Shown here in pieces: positions 42,220-53,068 of a stretch of 64,000 nucleotides of DNA. The number at the start of each line of letters is the position of its first letter. The first letter of the stretch is position 1. A program made the translations under genes and the position numbers. The stretch spans positions 224,001-288,000 of the forward strand of contig OY843751.1 in assembly GCA_963693055.1 (NCBI GenBank), written 5' to 3'. Source of the DNA: a bacterium (GTDB lineage Bacteria; Zhuqueibacterota; Zhuqueibacteria; Residuimicrobiales; Krinioviventaceae). Below the pieces are notes generated by a model. The model did no database searches. It was given only the letters and a program-made list of their open reading frames with translations, and was not told the origin of the DNA.

Positions 42220-44499
42220 ATGAAAATCCATTTTCTTTTTCCAATACTGTTATCTCTATTGATTTTTTTCTGTTCATCTACCGATTCTACCGTCAACAAG
42301 GCCGGGCAGTCTGTGTACCAGGATGTACCTTATTTGCAGGATTATGCGGTGAAATATCCTGCGGAACTTGAGGGCCTTCACAAAGTGGGTGCTGACCGCA
42401 ATGGCGTGATCCAGGTGCTGGCCGCGGACGGCCTCTATAATCCCTACAACGGGCATCTTCAAATCCCCGGTTCGCTTGAGCAGGACCGGCGTTATCGTCC
42501 CATGAAAGACAAGAATGTAAAGGACATGATTGTATATGAAAACCAGTTTGTCTATCTGGATGACGAGGCCATTTTCAGCAATGCCTGGGCGGGCAAGCTG
42601 TTCTCACGACATCAAATGCCAACCGCAAAATTGTTTTGCGGTGGTCCAGATTTTACATTCATGATCTCGGATGGACAATCTCTTGCGCTGATCCATGATT
42701 CCATGAAACTCTGGTTCGACACCGTACGGGACGATCATATACAGGATTTGAAATATGATGCCTTGAACCAAAAATACTGGGTGTTAACGCAAAAGACCCT
42801 GTTTGTATATTCCAGCCAGGAAAAGAAACTAAAATCCGTTTTTCAGGACAGCAAGGGTTCATTAACGAGTTTTGATGTTTCTCAAACCAGCAGCAAGGTG
42901 TATTTGGGAACGGATGCCGGGTATTACGTGCTGGATACGTCCGGAACGCTTTTAGAAGACCTGAACGAAAAACTGCCATGGACAGAGCTGACTGCAATCC
43001 GGGAAGTTAATGGGCAGATATGGTTTGGATCCACAAAAGGCGCGTTTATGCTGCGAAATGACGGCAAGTTCAATTATTATTATGGTCGTCGCTGGCTCCC
43101 CGGAGATGTGGTTACCCATATTGCCCCGGAACCGGAAGGATCTGTGCTTATTTTAACAGATATGGGATTGGGACAGATCTGTTTTAAAGAGATGACCCTG
43201 GAAGACAAGGCCATGGTTTATGAAAAACAGGTACGTCAGCGTCACATCCGGTTTGGTGTGAATGTAAATGTATCCAGATTGCAGGACCATAATTTATCCA
43301 CTGCCGAGAACTGGGTGGCAGACAGCGACAACCTGTGGACCAGCATGTACCTGGGCAGTCAGATCTTTCGTTACCTGTCAACGGGCTCTGAAGAAGCAAA
43401 GCAGAATGCCTATGAAGCCTTTGAAGCGCTTGAGCGCTTTCACACCATCAATAACATCAAGGGATTGTTTGGCCGATCCTTTGAGCGCCGGGGCTATCAG
43501 GATTTCCATAAAGAATATCGTGATTATGTGAACCATTACTGGTATGACGAATATCAGGGCACCATTAGCTGGCGCCATGCTGACGATCCCGAGTGGGACT
43601 GGCGCGCTTCCGCAAGCAGCGATCAGACCATTGGGCAGATATTTGCCATGACCCTTATTGCAGAGTATATTGAGGATGCAGAATGGCGGGACCGCGCTGT
43701 AAAAATTCTGGATGATCTGATGGGCTATATTGTTGCCAATGATATGTGTTTGATCGATTACAACGGTCTGCCTTCCCTGTGGGGACGTTGGAACCCGGAA
43801 TATGTCAACCGGTTTGATACCATGATTGGCGACCGCAAGATCTGTTCGTCTAATATTGTTGCGTTTTTGCAAACCGCTTATCACTTTACCGGTAAAGTGA
43901 TTTATAAAGACAAGGCATTCGAGTTGATGAATGAATACGGATATCTGGAAAACCTAAAACGTCCGTTCTCAGAGATTGGTCCGGCACCGGAAGACGCGGA
44001 TGGCTGGAGCAAGCTCTTGTCGGAAGAATGGAACCACTCGGATGATGAAATGTATTTTTTGGGGTATTGGGGACTGTATCCCTATGCGTTTAACGATACA
44101 TTAAAAGCTCAATATTTTGACGCTATTAAAGACCATTGGCAGATGGAACGCCCTGAGAAAAACCCGTTGTGGAATTTCTGTTACGCCATAACCGGAGCAA
44201 AGGAATTTGATCTGGATGAATCTGTATGGACTTTGAAAGAATTCCCCCTGGATTTGATCCAGTTTGCCAATATCAACAGTCACCGCAAAGACATTGAATT
44301 TGTTGAAAAGAATTTCTGGGGACAAACAACCACCGAGGTGCTGCCCCCGGATGAGCGTCCCTCACTCAAGCACAACCGCAGTTGGTTTACGCTGGATGCC
44401 GGTGATCGGCATCACGAGCTTTCTGCCGGCGATACCTTTTTATTGCCCTATTGGATGGGGCGCTATTTAGGTGTAATCAGCGCCCCGGTAAGTGACTGA
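42220..44499 (+). CDS. Hypothetical lipoprotein: N-terminal beta-propeller plus probable alpha/alpha-barrel domain
   Basis: Lipobox-like LIFFC; IWFGST.GA propeller repeats; DSDNLWTS, SSDQ, NHSDDEM, LLPYWMGRY. Confidence 0.65.
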   Translation: MKIHFLFPILLSLLIFFCSSTDSTVNKAGQSVYQDVPYLQDYAVKYPAELEGLHKVGADRNGVIQVLAADGLYNPYNGHLQIPGSLEQDRRYRPMKDKNVKDMIVYENQFVYLDDEAIFSNAWAGKLFSRHQMPTAKLFCGGPDFTFMISDGQSLALIHDSMKLWFDTVRDDHIQDLKYDALNQKYWVLTQKTLFVYSSQEKKLKSVFQDSKGSLTSFDVSQTSSKVYLGTDAGYYVLDTSGTLLEDLNEKLPWTELTAIREVNGQIWFGSTKGAFMLRNDGKFNYYYGRRWLPGDVVTHIAPEPEGSVLILTDMGLGQICFKEMTLEDKAMVYEKQVRQRHIRFGVNVNVSRLQDHNLSTAENWVADSDNLWTSMYLGSQIFRYLSTGSEEAKQNAYEAFEALERFHTINNIKGLFGRSFERRGYQDFHKEYRDYVNHYWYDEYQGTISWRHADDPEWDWRASASSDQTIGQIFAMTLIAEYIEDAEWRDRAVKILDDLMGYIVANDMCLIDYNGLPSLWGRWNPEYVNRFDTMIGDRKICSSNIVAFLQTAYHFTGKVIYKDKAFELMNEYGYLENLKRPFSEIGPAPEDADGWSKLLSEEWNHSDDEMYFLGYWGLYPYAFNDTLKAQYFDAIKDHWQMERPEKNPLWNFCYAITGAKEFDLDESVWTLKEFPLDLIQFANINSHRKDIEFVEKNFWGQTTTEVLPPDERPSLKHNRSWFTLDAGDRHHELSAGDTFLLPYWMGRYLGVISAPVSD

Positions 44500-44501
44500 G
44501 C

Positions 44502-46832
44502 TTAGCGTTTGATTACCCACACATCCGAGATGTGAGAATATTTACGCCAGTTTAAATGAGATTCTTCGGGACGGTCGAATGTGACACGCATTTTACCGTC
44601 CCGTGTAATATGTTTGGGGACCACAAATTCTTTAAATCCTTCAAGTTCTTTATCATACATAACCGGTTCCAGACGTTCACCATCCACACGGATGAGCGCG
44701 TCTCCCTGGCCTGCAACACGGATGATGTATCTTCCGTTAAAATCCAGATTTTCATATTCCAGCACCGGATCGGTTTGGAAGAGTTGGGATGACAGCCGCT
44801 TGCGGCTGAACCCATTGTCCCACCAGGCCACATCACAGGCATCAAAAGAGGTGGTGAGCACACGAGGTCCGGTTTCAATGTTGGATATATTGTCATAATA
44901 GCTTTCTGGACCCGGATCTTCCCAGGTACGGATGATCTCCAGCCGTGCGAGTTTTTCTGCTTCGGAATCCATTTCACGGATTTTGTCAAACTGGTCCTGC
45001 AGCCACCATCTGTTATTGAGGGGATGGTTTACAAAGTCGAGAATACTGCCGCGCTGTGCCCCGGATGCCTGGTATTTTTCCACACTGGTTTGCAATCCGA
45101 TCGAGTGAAACAAATCATCGCAATATTGTACAATCTTTACATACAGGTCCTGCGCTACCGGTTCGGTATCGGCCTTGTTGACGATCTCTAACGCTTTGTC
45201 CATTGCCTTGTCTGCTCCCAGGGTTTTGGCTTGTGCTAGGACTGCGTTGGCCTCGGTTTCCAGACCCTGTTCATAGATCTTGCGGCGACGCTGATAGGTA
45301 TCGTAATAAGAACGAAGTACCAATAGCTGCCATCTCCAATTGTCTGCCAATTGTGTATTGTCATGCTCCAGATTTTGCCAGAACGCAAAGGTAGTCTCTA
45401 TACCACCATTCTCAACGATAGGTCCTTTCCAATTCTGCTCAAGAGCAAATATGCCGTCTGCTGCTTTTTCTGTGAGTTGCGGGCCGAAAAAGAAGCGGCT
45501 GTAATCCTGAATAATTTCTCGCACCGGGGTATTGATGTTCCAGCCGCGCATACTCCAAACCACCTTGTTGACGTCATCGTGACAACCGTCGGAATAGGTC
45601 ACGAATCCATCTGTAAACGGTGCATAGGTAGCATGTATTTTGGCGTAATAATTGGGCAGGGGGTTTGTGCCTTCACGCCCAATGGTAAGCGCAAACGCCT
45701 GGTCCCAGTTGAGTGTGGGAAACTCGCAGCGCACATTGTGGGTAATATCGGGATACTGCCGGTGCTTGTATTTCGGATCAAGGCGGTGGCGGGTATCTGC
45801 AATGGGGGGGCTGCTGGGGCCCGAAACCACACCGCGGAGCCAGGTCGGTTTGTTTTCTTCAAGATAAGTGTAAAAGTAATCCACCTGCTCGGCACTGAAT
45901 CCCTGTAACGAGATCCAGATACCTGCCTGGGGATGATATTTGATCAAGCGTTCGTGCAGGTCTTTTAAAAAGGGCAATACCAGACTGGGGTGATTGTGGC
46001 CCGGATCGCCGCCGGGAAAGAAAATCTGATCCAGTCGGGGTGTTTCTTTGTAAAATTGTTCATGCGTTTCCAGCATAGCCGCGCGTTTTTCAAGATCGTT
46101 CAGATCAAATTCAGCGGGAGTCCACACCCAATAGTCCATGTCGTAAGCATCGCAAAGCTTGCTCATCTCAATGTTCATCTGCTCACGCGAGATGGGCATG
46201 TGCGGACTGTCATTGTCTTTACCGAAAGGAATGTTTTCAATGGCATTGGTGCCGAATATTGCCAGATCGCGGATATACTGTTCGAATTGCTGTACATTCC
46301 AGGCGTCCCACGAGTTGGCTGTGTTGCGGTAACCGAGTTGATGTCCTCGAATGGGCTGCATGGGCGCGGTAGCAACATCAAGGGGATCAAGGATGAATTG
46401 TCCATCCATCATGATAGCGGTACGCAAAAGCTTGCCAACACCAAATAAAGCGCCGCCTGCATCCGCACCAATAATCCACACAAGAGGTGCGCCCTCAAAG
46501 TCCGTTGTAAAAATGCGATAGCCTTCAGGCTTGTTCTCTGCCTGCGATGGATCTCTTTGGGGCACGGTAATTTCACCCAGTTTTTTATCGCTAGTCAGTG
46601 CAATGGCAATCACGGATCCTGTTGCGTCTTTGATCTTGTCCGTTTGTTGGAGCTCGAGATCGGTGCGTTTGCCCACTTCTTCTTTCAGCATCCGAACCAG
46701 TGTCTTGTTCACTGGCTTTCTGATGTTTTTCGATACCAGAATGGACGCATGAGACAGATCAATTTGCTGTGAAAAGACCCGTCCGCTGAACGCCAGACAG
46801 AGTATAATGAAAAGGAGTATTATTTTCTTCAT
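44502..46832 (-). CDS. Hypothetical secreted glycoside-hydrolase-like protein (GH20/GH67-type N-terminal domain)
   Basis: Signal peptide from M at 46832; PEGY.I, GAD..GALFGVGKLLR, IRGHQLGYR. Confidence 0.65.
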   Translation of the reverse strand: MKKIILLFIILCLAFSGRVFSQQIDLSHASILVSKNIRKPVNKTLVRMLKEEVGKRTDLELQQTDKIKDATGSVIAIALTSDKKLGEITVPQRDPSQAENKPEGYRIFTTDFEGAPLVWIIGADAGGALFGVGKLLRTAIMMDGQFILDPLDVATAPMQPIRGHQLGYRNTANSWDAWNVQQFEQYIRDLAIFGTNAIENIPFGKDNDSPHMPISREQMNIEMSKLCDAYDMDYWVWTPAEFDLNDLEKRAAMLETHEQFYKETPRLDQIFFPGGDPGHNHPSLVLPFLKDLHERLIKYHPQAGIWISLQGFSAEQVDYFYTYLEENKPTWLRGVVSGPSSPPIADTRHRLDPKYKHRQYPDITHNVRCEFPTLNWDQAFALTIGREGTNPLPNYYAKIHATYAPFTDGFVTYSDGCHDDVNKVVWSMRGWNINTPVREIIQDYSRFFFGPQLTEKAADGIFALEQNWKGPIVENGGIETTFAFWQNLEHDNTQLADNWRWQLLVLRSYYDTYQRRRKIYEQGLETEANAVLAQAKTLGADKAMDKALEIVNKADTEPVAQDLYVKIVQYCDDLFHSIGLQTSVEKYQASGAQRGSILDFVNHPLNNRWWLQDQFDKIREMDSEAEKLARLEIIRTWEDPGPESYYDNISNIETGPRVLTTSFDACDVAWWDNGFSRKRLSSQLFQTDPVLEYENLDFNGRYIIRVAGQGDALIRVDGERLEPVMYDKELEGFKEFVVPKHITRDGKMRVTFDRPEESHLNWRKYSHISDVWVIKR

Positions 46833-46840
46833 GTCTATTC

Positions 46841-49444
46841 CTATTTTTTGATTAACCAGACTTCGGAAGCAATGGTGCCCCAGCCACCTGAATTGCGCCA
46901 CTGTTCTACGGTCACCCGGTCGCCGCGGGCAATGTTGGGTGCGCGTTCCAGACGGATGGTCAGTTCACCATCCTGTATAACGGATTGCGGTATATTGTAA
47001 GTGAAAAAATCGCTCATTTGTAAAGGGATTTCTATATTCTCTGCAAGGAGTTGATCATCCGCGTAAATGCTCTGGCTTTTTTGCACCATACGAAAGGCAT
47101 AGCGCTCCTGGTACCAGGGACGCACAAAGGTAAAGCGGATCTTGTACGATGCCTTGGGATCAAGATCGCGGTATTGCAGGGTTACGCCCTGGTCCTCGTC
47201 CTGAGTAAAATGCATGGAGCGCTGAGAGGGACGGTTGCCCTCGGACAGCATTTGCGGGACGTAGGGTTGTCCATGATCGTACGGATACCCGAATATAACA
47301 TTGGGTGCGGGATTCGCAGTACCGAGATTGTCGTATTGACCGCCTTTGCCCGGATTTTCATAATCTGTGATCATGCTAAGCAGTTCGGATTTCTCTACAC
47401 CTTTGGCAGTTTTTGCGCGCTCAAGCTGACGTTTGTACCATCCCAGCCCGATAAAATCGTGTTCAAGATTAAAATATCCGTCATTGCGCACACCAAACAG
47501 GGCATTGCTCTCTTCACCCAGACGGCCCGCTTCTGTCCGTAGCGCTGCCATTTCAGCTGTCTCTGGCATATCACCAAACCAGGTCAGCATTTTTTCGATT
47601 TCCGTGTTGCTTTGTATGTTGTTGAGTGCGGATTGGGTATGTTGTTCGATTTTTGCCTGTAAATCTATTTGCTGTTGTACCGCCAGCTTGACGTATTTGT
47701 CCAGAGCCGCTTTTTGCATGAATTGGCGCCACAACCAGTTGTTTTGCATCAATGCGTCAGGCATGAGCTCTCCGGCCTGTTTTGTCCATGCATAGCAGGA
47801 ATCGATACCCGTTTTTTCCGTTATGGGCATACCCGGAATTTTTTCCAGATTCTGTTCAAGCTGCAAGATAGCCTTTGCCATGAGCGGTGCCGCCTCGTGA
47901 CCGAACCAGGTGGTGCAGTATTCGTTAACTACCTCCCCAACGGTCATGCGGGGATTCCACAGCAGTCGCTGCCACATCCATTGATTGTAATGGTCATGGT
48001 GACCACTGGAGTGGGTGATATCGCCAACGCCATAGGGCATCAGATCGTTAAAGACACGGTGATAAAAGCGCGGCCAGGCGTAAAAGGTGAGGCGGTTATA
48101 GACCATGGTGAGAAACGGATCGGGCTGGCGCTCGTAAATCTCGTGGCTCCAGTGCGGCGGCAGATCACCGTTCTTGTCCGCCCGCGGATACATCTGGATG
48201 TAGGCATGTTGTGCGTACTTCCAGTGTGTGATTTCGTTGTAGTACATCAGCACATGACGTTTGGGGAGCTGGTGTAAAATCTCTTTGGGGTACAGTCCGT
48301 ACGGCCCAAAACCGGGATAGCGAAACAGGTCCATACGGTGCGTTTGCCGGTGGCCCGGCTGCCAGCTTGTGGCGTCTGATCCGGGACCGTAACCCCAGGC
48401 CCAGAGCCATTCGCGCGGCTCTTCCTGCAGGTAGGCGAATATGGCATTATCATCGGCATTGTCGAATTTCTGGTTGGTGAAATAGACGAGGGTCGTGGGA
48501 TGATATTTGTGAATGATGGCCGCCATCTCTTCCACGGTTTTGATAAAGACACGGCCGTAGGGATCGCATTTGTCGCATTCACAACCACCGCCGTCTCCAC
48601 CGTGGAATTTAATCAGGTCAAAAGTGGGACTGGTTTTAAAATAGTCCTCACATTTTTTCAGCATAAACTCGCGCGCTTCCGGCACCGAGAGACAGACATA
48701 GCCGAGGCGTCCAATGGACTCGGAAGCGTTCCACTCGGGGGGTATATCCCGTCCCGAAGTATTTGCGCCAAAACCACCCTGCGTCATGAGCCCGTAGGAT
48801 TTGATAAAGTCGAACATGGGTCCGGGACCCGTACTGAAAATATTGGCGCCGGCCAGGGCGTAATCGAGAATGATGCGTTGGGTCTCGGCATCGGTCCAGT
48901 CCCGTACATGCGCCAGGCGTTTGGCTACACCGCTCTGGCCATACTGGGTACCGCGGATCTCGAATGCCGGGGCTGTGCGGATATGCAGGTTTTCCGGCAA
49001 AGCCATTGATCCATTACGGATGGTGATCTGGCGAAGGATTTCGCCCACGGCGTACAAACATCCGCGCTCGTCCACGCCCGCGGCAATCAGGGCAGCATGT
49101 TTCGATATATATTGTAATAGAAATCCTTCGGATCCGGGTGCCAAATCGGACAGGGGCCGGATACGCAGATCGTCCATGTATTTACGTATCGCTACATGAC
49201 GCTGCGGCGTACCCAACAGGATGACCAACTCACCGGATTGCGGTGCGGTCTGCTCCGGGGTGATGTTAACGTCCGCAATGCCGGCCTCGGTCAGACGGTC
49301 CTTTAGCAGACGGGTTATGTTTTTCTCGATTTCGCTTGCGGAACTGCCCGATTGGATAGTTATGCGGGTATAGGTTTCTGAATAGAGCAATGTGATTGAT
49401 GTAAAGAGAAAAAGAATGATACTGTTTAAAATACCGGAACGCAT
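46841..49444 (-). CDS. Hypothetical secreted glycoside-hydrolase-like protein, paralogue of downstream gene
   Basis: Signal peptide; EGF.L, G.DERG.LYAVG.ILR, IRGTQ, GDGGGCECDKC. Confidence 0.65.
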   Translation of the reverse strand: MRSGILNSIILFLFTSITLLYSETYTRITIQSGSSASEIEKNITRLLKDRLTEAGIADVNITPEQTAPQSGELVILLGTPQRHVAIRKYMDDLRIRPLSDLAPGSEGFLLQYISKHAALIAAGVDERGCLYAVGEILRQITIRNGSMALPENLHIRTAPAFEIRGTQYGQSGVAKRLAHVRDWTDAETQRIILDYALAGANIFSTGPGPMFDFIKSYGLMTQGGFGANTSGRDIPPEWNASESIGRLGYVCLSVPEAREFMLKKCEDYFKTSPTFDLIKFHGGDGGGCECDKCDPYGRVFIKTVEEMAAIIHKYHPTTLVYFTNQKFDNADDNAIFAYLQEEPREWLWAWGYGPGSDATSWQPGHRQTHRMDLFRYPGFGPYGLYPKEILHQLPKRHVLMYYNEITHWKYAQHAYIQMYPRADKNGDLPPHWSHEIYERQPDPFLTMVYNRLTFYAWPRFYHRVFNDLMPYGVGDITHSSGHHDHYNQWMWQRLLWNPRMTVGEVVNEYCTTWFGHEAAPLMAKAILQLEQNLEKIPGMPITEKTGIDSCYAWTKQAGELMPDALMQNNWLWRQFMQKAALDKYVKLAVQQQIDLQAKIEQHTQSALNNIQSNTEIEKMLTWFGDMPETAEMAALRTEAGRLGEESNALFGVRNDGYFNLEHDFIGLGWYKRQLERAKTAKGVEKSELLSMITDYENPGKGGQYDNLGTANPAPNVIFGYPYDHGQPYVPQMLSEGNRPSQRSMHFTQDEDQGVTLQYRDLDPKASYKIRFTFVRPWYQERYAFRMVQKSQSIYADDQLLAENIEIPLQMSDFFTYNIPQSVIQDGELTIRLERAPNIARGDRVTVEQWRNSGGWGTIASEVWLIKK

Positions 49445-49552
49445 GCCTTGCCCTCAAATTCATGCAGATTTTTTAGTACATAACGTAATCAATTGCCGTG
49501 TGATTGTCAAGTAATCTAGGTACAGAGTTCGCGGCAATGCATTAAATAGTTT

Positions 49553-50230
49553 GTAGGATGCGGCTTGCCGCATCATTTTAAATAAAACAATGTATGATAA
49601 AGATGCGCCGAGGCGCATCCTACTATCTGCTATCCGGAGCCACAAAATTAACCACAGATGAAGGCGGATAAACGCAGATTAAATCCATACACCACTGGTC
49701 GTGTCGGAGAAAAGCGAAGCGGTCTCCGTCATGGGCAATATACCACGGAAAACGCGGAATGACACGGAAATAAGAACGAAACTCATTCCATTTCTGGTTC
49801 CAGTGGCTCTGCCCTGGAACCCAAAAATTAACCACAGATACACACAGATGAACACAGATAAAATCCATACCCTCTGATCGTGAGGAAGAAAAAGGTCGGT
49901 TCCTGCCCTTCGATAAACTCAGGACAAGCTCAGGAACCGTGTGATCCGTCGTTTTGTGACGGATCGTATCGAAGGGCAAAGCCAGGAAGCATTAAACCAC
50001 AAAGACACGGAGAACACAAAGAAAAGCAGCCCACGAAGCACACTAAATGACACGAAAAGGTGAACGTAATTCATTCTATTTCTGGTTCCAGTGGCTCTGC
50101 CCTGGAACTCAAAAAAATTTGACCAGACACGCGCCTATGAACACAGATAAATCCTATACCCCCTGATCGTGACGGAGATAAGCGAAGCGGTCTCCGTCAC
50201 GGGAAGTTTGATTTAATGACCACCACGAAG
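49553..50230. repeat. Composite REP/REPIN-like repeat cluster 1
   Basis: GTAG-type REP pair (49553-49574, 49602-49623); GTTCCAG..CTGGAAC hairpins (49792, 50080); GTGACGGAGA..TCTCCGTCAC hairpins (49698, 50165); triple CCAC/ACAC motifs. Confidence 0.8.
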
Positions 50231-50470
50231 AAAAACAAAATTCAAAAAAGGTATTTTGTTCTTGCATGTTGTAAAATTATTTTGGTTATTATAATATTCA
50301 TGAGGTAAAATTTTGGTGACTAGTAGTGGGTGTTAAGGATATTATATTTTTAGTATTTCTGATTTGATTTAAATATTTGTTATAAGTAATTTTTTGTTGT
50401 ACGAGTTGATACAAGTATATGTACTATATCTTGATTTTTAAATAAAGATTGAATTTGAGTGAATTGTAAA

Positions 50471-51613
50471 ATGGCAGAAAAAATAATTGTAAATTTTGAT
50501 ATACTAAAATGGGCAAGATTAAATTGTGGAAAAACAATTGAGGAAGTAGCTCGCCAAATGGGGAAATCAACTGAAATTATAGAAAATTGGGAAAATGGAA
50601 CAGAAAAGTTAACTTATGCTCAATTAGAAAAATTGGCTTACCAAGTCTATAAGCGCCCATCAGCAATATTTTTCTTCCCAAGCCCACCTGAAGAAGTTGA
50701 TCTTATTAAAGAATTTAGAACTTTACCTGAATATGAACAAAATAATTTACAATTTGATACTAGATTTGCTATTCGAAAAGCAAAAGTTTTACAAATTTCA
50801 TTGTCAGAGTTGAATGATGGAAAGAATCCTTTCAGTAAATGTATTTTTAAAGAATTTGATTTTTCAAATAATTATTATGAATTAGCAAAAAATATTCGTC
50901 ATTATTTAGAAATCGATATTAATGAGCAAAAGTCATTAATTAATCCTGAAGCTGCATTTAAGTATTGGCGTAACGCTATTGAAAATGTAGGCATATATAT
51001 TTTTAAACGTGCTTTTAAACAAAGGGATATATGTGGTTTCTCGTTGATTGATGAGGAATTCCCAATAATTTATGTAAATAACAAAAATACATTTACTAGA
51101 CAAATATTTACTTTGTTCCATGAATTAGCACACATTTTATATAAAGTACCTGGAGTTACTAAATCTAGTAATAAATATATAAAAAATTTAGACTCTGTTC
51201 ATAAAGATATTGAAAGTTGCTGTAATAGTTTTGCTGCTGAATTTCTTGTGCCTGACGAGGATTTTAATAAAATTTTTGATGGTAATATTGCAGATGATTC
51301 AATATCAAATTTATCAGACATATATAAAGTAAGTAGAGAAGTTATTTTAAGAAAAATTTTGGATATTGGTCTTATCAGTTATCAGTATTATGAAATGAAA
51401 GCTGAGGAGTGGTCAAGTCAAAAAAGAAAAGTAACAGGTAAAGGGGGTAATTATTATTTAACACAAATTGCTTACTTGGGTGAGAACTATTTAAATTTAG
51501 CATTTAGTAATTATTATAAAGGGAAATGTTCATTAGACCAATTAGCTGAATATTTTAGTATGAAGGTTACTAGCATAACAAAACTTGAAGATTATTTGAG
51601 TTATTGTCAATAG
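50471..51613 (+). CDS. XRE-HTH / ImmA-IrrE (DUF955) zinc metallopeptidase; extreme C-terminus altered by IS256
   Basis: LKWAR...WENG HTH; RQIFTLFHELAH (HExxH); E..CN.FAAEFL.P; VSREVILR. Confidence 0.88.
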   Translation: MAEKIIVNFDILKWARLNCGKTIEEVARQMGKSTEIIENWENGTEKLTYAQLEKLAYQVYKRPSAIFFFPSPPEEVDLIKEFRTLPEYEQNNLQFDTRFAIRKAKVLQISLSELNDGKNPFSKCIFKEFDFSNNYYELAKNIRHYLEIDINEQKSLINPEAAFKYWRNAIENVGIYIFKRAFKQRDICGFSLIDEEFPIIYVNNKNTFTRQIFTLFHELAHILYKVPGVTKSSNKYIKNLDSVHKDIESCCNSFAAEFLVPDEDFNKIFDGNIADDSISNLSDIYKVSREVILRKILDIGLISYQYYEMKAEEWSSQKRKVTGKGGNYYLTQIAYLGENYLNLAFSNYYKGKCSLDQLAEYFSMKVTSITKLEDYLSYCQ

Positions 51614-53037
51614 TTGTGGATCAAAAAGCGTATCCATTTCATAAAAGTTAAGCTGCCAACTTAAACAATTCCTGATTTTCCGGTTCACCATTCACAAATT
51701 TTTCTCCTTTAATCACAAATGGTATCCACTTGTACCCTCTCAAACGCCGCCACCGTTTTTCCGCTTCTTTAGCCAGTTTAAAAACCATAGTCAAAGTCGC
51801 CTGACTTGAACCGCAGCCCTTTGTTCTCCGCGTCCTGAGTCTCACTGTAGCAAAGGTAGATTCAATGGGATTCGTGGTCCGGATATGCTGCCAATGTGAA
51901 TCCGGGAAATCATAAAAAGTAAAAAGTTGATCATAATCTTTTACCAGACAATTAACAACTTTGGGATACTTGTCTTCATAAATTTTGATAAATCTATGAT
52001 AAGCGATTAACGCATTTTCTTTGGTCTCAGCCATATACATTTCATGAATAAGCGATTTGGCATTTGTCTGCGCACTTTTCGGTAGCTTATCCAATATGTT
52101 GGCTGTCTTGTGGACCCAGCAGCGCTGTTCACGAGACTCGGGATAAACTTGTGGCAAAGCTTTCCAAAAACCGAGGGCACCGTCTGCGATTGCCAGTTTC
52201 GGTCCCATCTCAAGTCCCTGGTCCTTTAACTCCAACAGCAGTTCTTTCCAGCTCAATTCGCTTTCTCGAAAGCCTTCTTTGACCGCCAAAAGCTCTTTTC
52301 GCCCATATTCGTCCGCTCCAATAATCACTAAAATACAAGGATTTACGCCTTTCAATCGAACATTGAAATAGACACCATCGGCCCAGATGTATACATAGTG
52401 TTTGCCGGACAGATCACGCCTGGCCCATTGCTTGTACTCTGACTCCCATTCTTCTTTCAAGCGCACAACCGTGTTGGCTGAAAGTCCTTTGACTTTATCT
52501 CCAAGTATAGCCGACAATGCAGCCGGGAAGTCCTGTGTCGAAATGCCCTTCAAATAAAGGGCAGGTATCAGGTTATTCAGGCTGGGTGTCCGTCTCAGGT
52601 ATTTGGGTAGTATCTCACTTGTAAAGCCTTCTACGCCATGTTCCTGCCGTAATTTCCTGTCATCCACTCGCGGCTGCCGGATCGTTATTGGACCTGAACT
52701 GGACAATATTGTGCGCTCCGGCATGGAACCATTGCGTACGGCCAGGCGGTGACCTTGTTCATCTCTGTGATTTTTATAGCGATCAAGGTATTCCTGAACT
52801 TCGTTTTCTATGGCTGCTGCCAATATTTGTTGCGCTCCATTTCGAATAATTTCATCCAAACTTTTATTGAATGTTGTGGTTTCTGCTTGCAGTTCTGACT
52901 TTGTTGTATTACCTTTTTTCATAGCGTGTCCTTTTTGGTTTTATCTTTTTTCTTGGTCGAAAAAAAATACTTAAAAACTATAGGATACGCTTTTTTATTT
53001 ATTTTTTCAAGTCATCCACAACATTAGAATATAACTC
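51598..53037 (-). mobile_element. IS256-family insertion sequence, 1440 bp, 9-bp target duplication AGATTATTT
   Basis: Imperfect TIRs GAGTTATTGTCAATAGTTGTGGAT and (reverse complement) GAGTTATATTCTAATGTTGTGGAT; AGATTATTT at 51589-51597 and 53038-53046. Confidence 0.93.
51648..52922 (-). CDS. IS256 family transposase
   Basis: VRNG, LY.KGIST, YIWADG, IADGALGF, QRCWVHK, IRTTNPIES.F. Confidence 0.95.
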   Translation of the reverse strand: MKKGNTTKSELQAETTTFNKSLDEIIRNGAQQILAAAIENEVQEYLDRYKNHRDEQGHRLAVRNGSMPERTILSSSGPITIRQPRVDDRKLRQEHGVEGFTSEILPKYLRRTPSLNNLIPALYLKGISTQDFPAALSAILGDKVKGLSANTVVRLKEEWESEYKQWARRDLSGKHYVYIWADGVYFNVRLKGVNPCILVIIGADEYGRKELLAVKEGFRESELSWKELLLELKDQGLEMGPKLAIADGALGFWKALPQVYPESREQRCWVHKTANILDKLPKSAQTNAKSLIHEMYMAETKENALIAYHRFIKIYEDKYPKVVNCLVKDYDQLFTFYDFPDSHWQHIRTTNPIESTFATVRLRTRRTKGCGSSQATLTMVFKLAKEAEKRWRRLRGYKWIPFVIKGEKFVNGEPENQELFKLAA

Positions 53038-53068
53038 AGATTATTTCTATTTAGGGGATAAAAGATAG

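Noticed and set aside
49460-49979. ORFs 49460-49645(-) and 49623-49979(-)
   Set aside because: Translations of REP-like repeats (e.g. PELV..SKG, ICVHLC), with no RBS or domain evidence.
49553-50230. CRISPR array
   Set aside because: Several different motifs at irregular spacing, non-unique intervening sequence, and no cas genes in the window.
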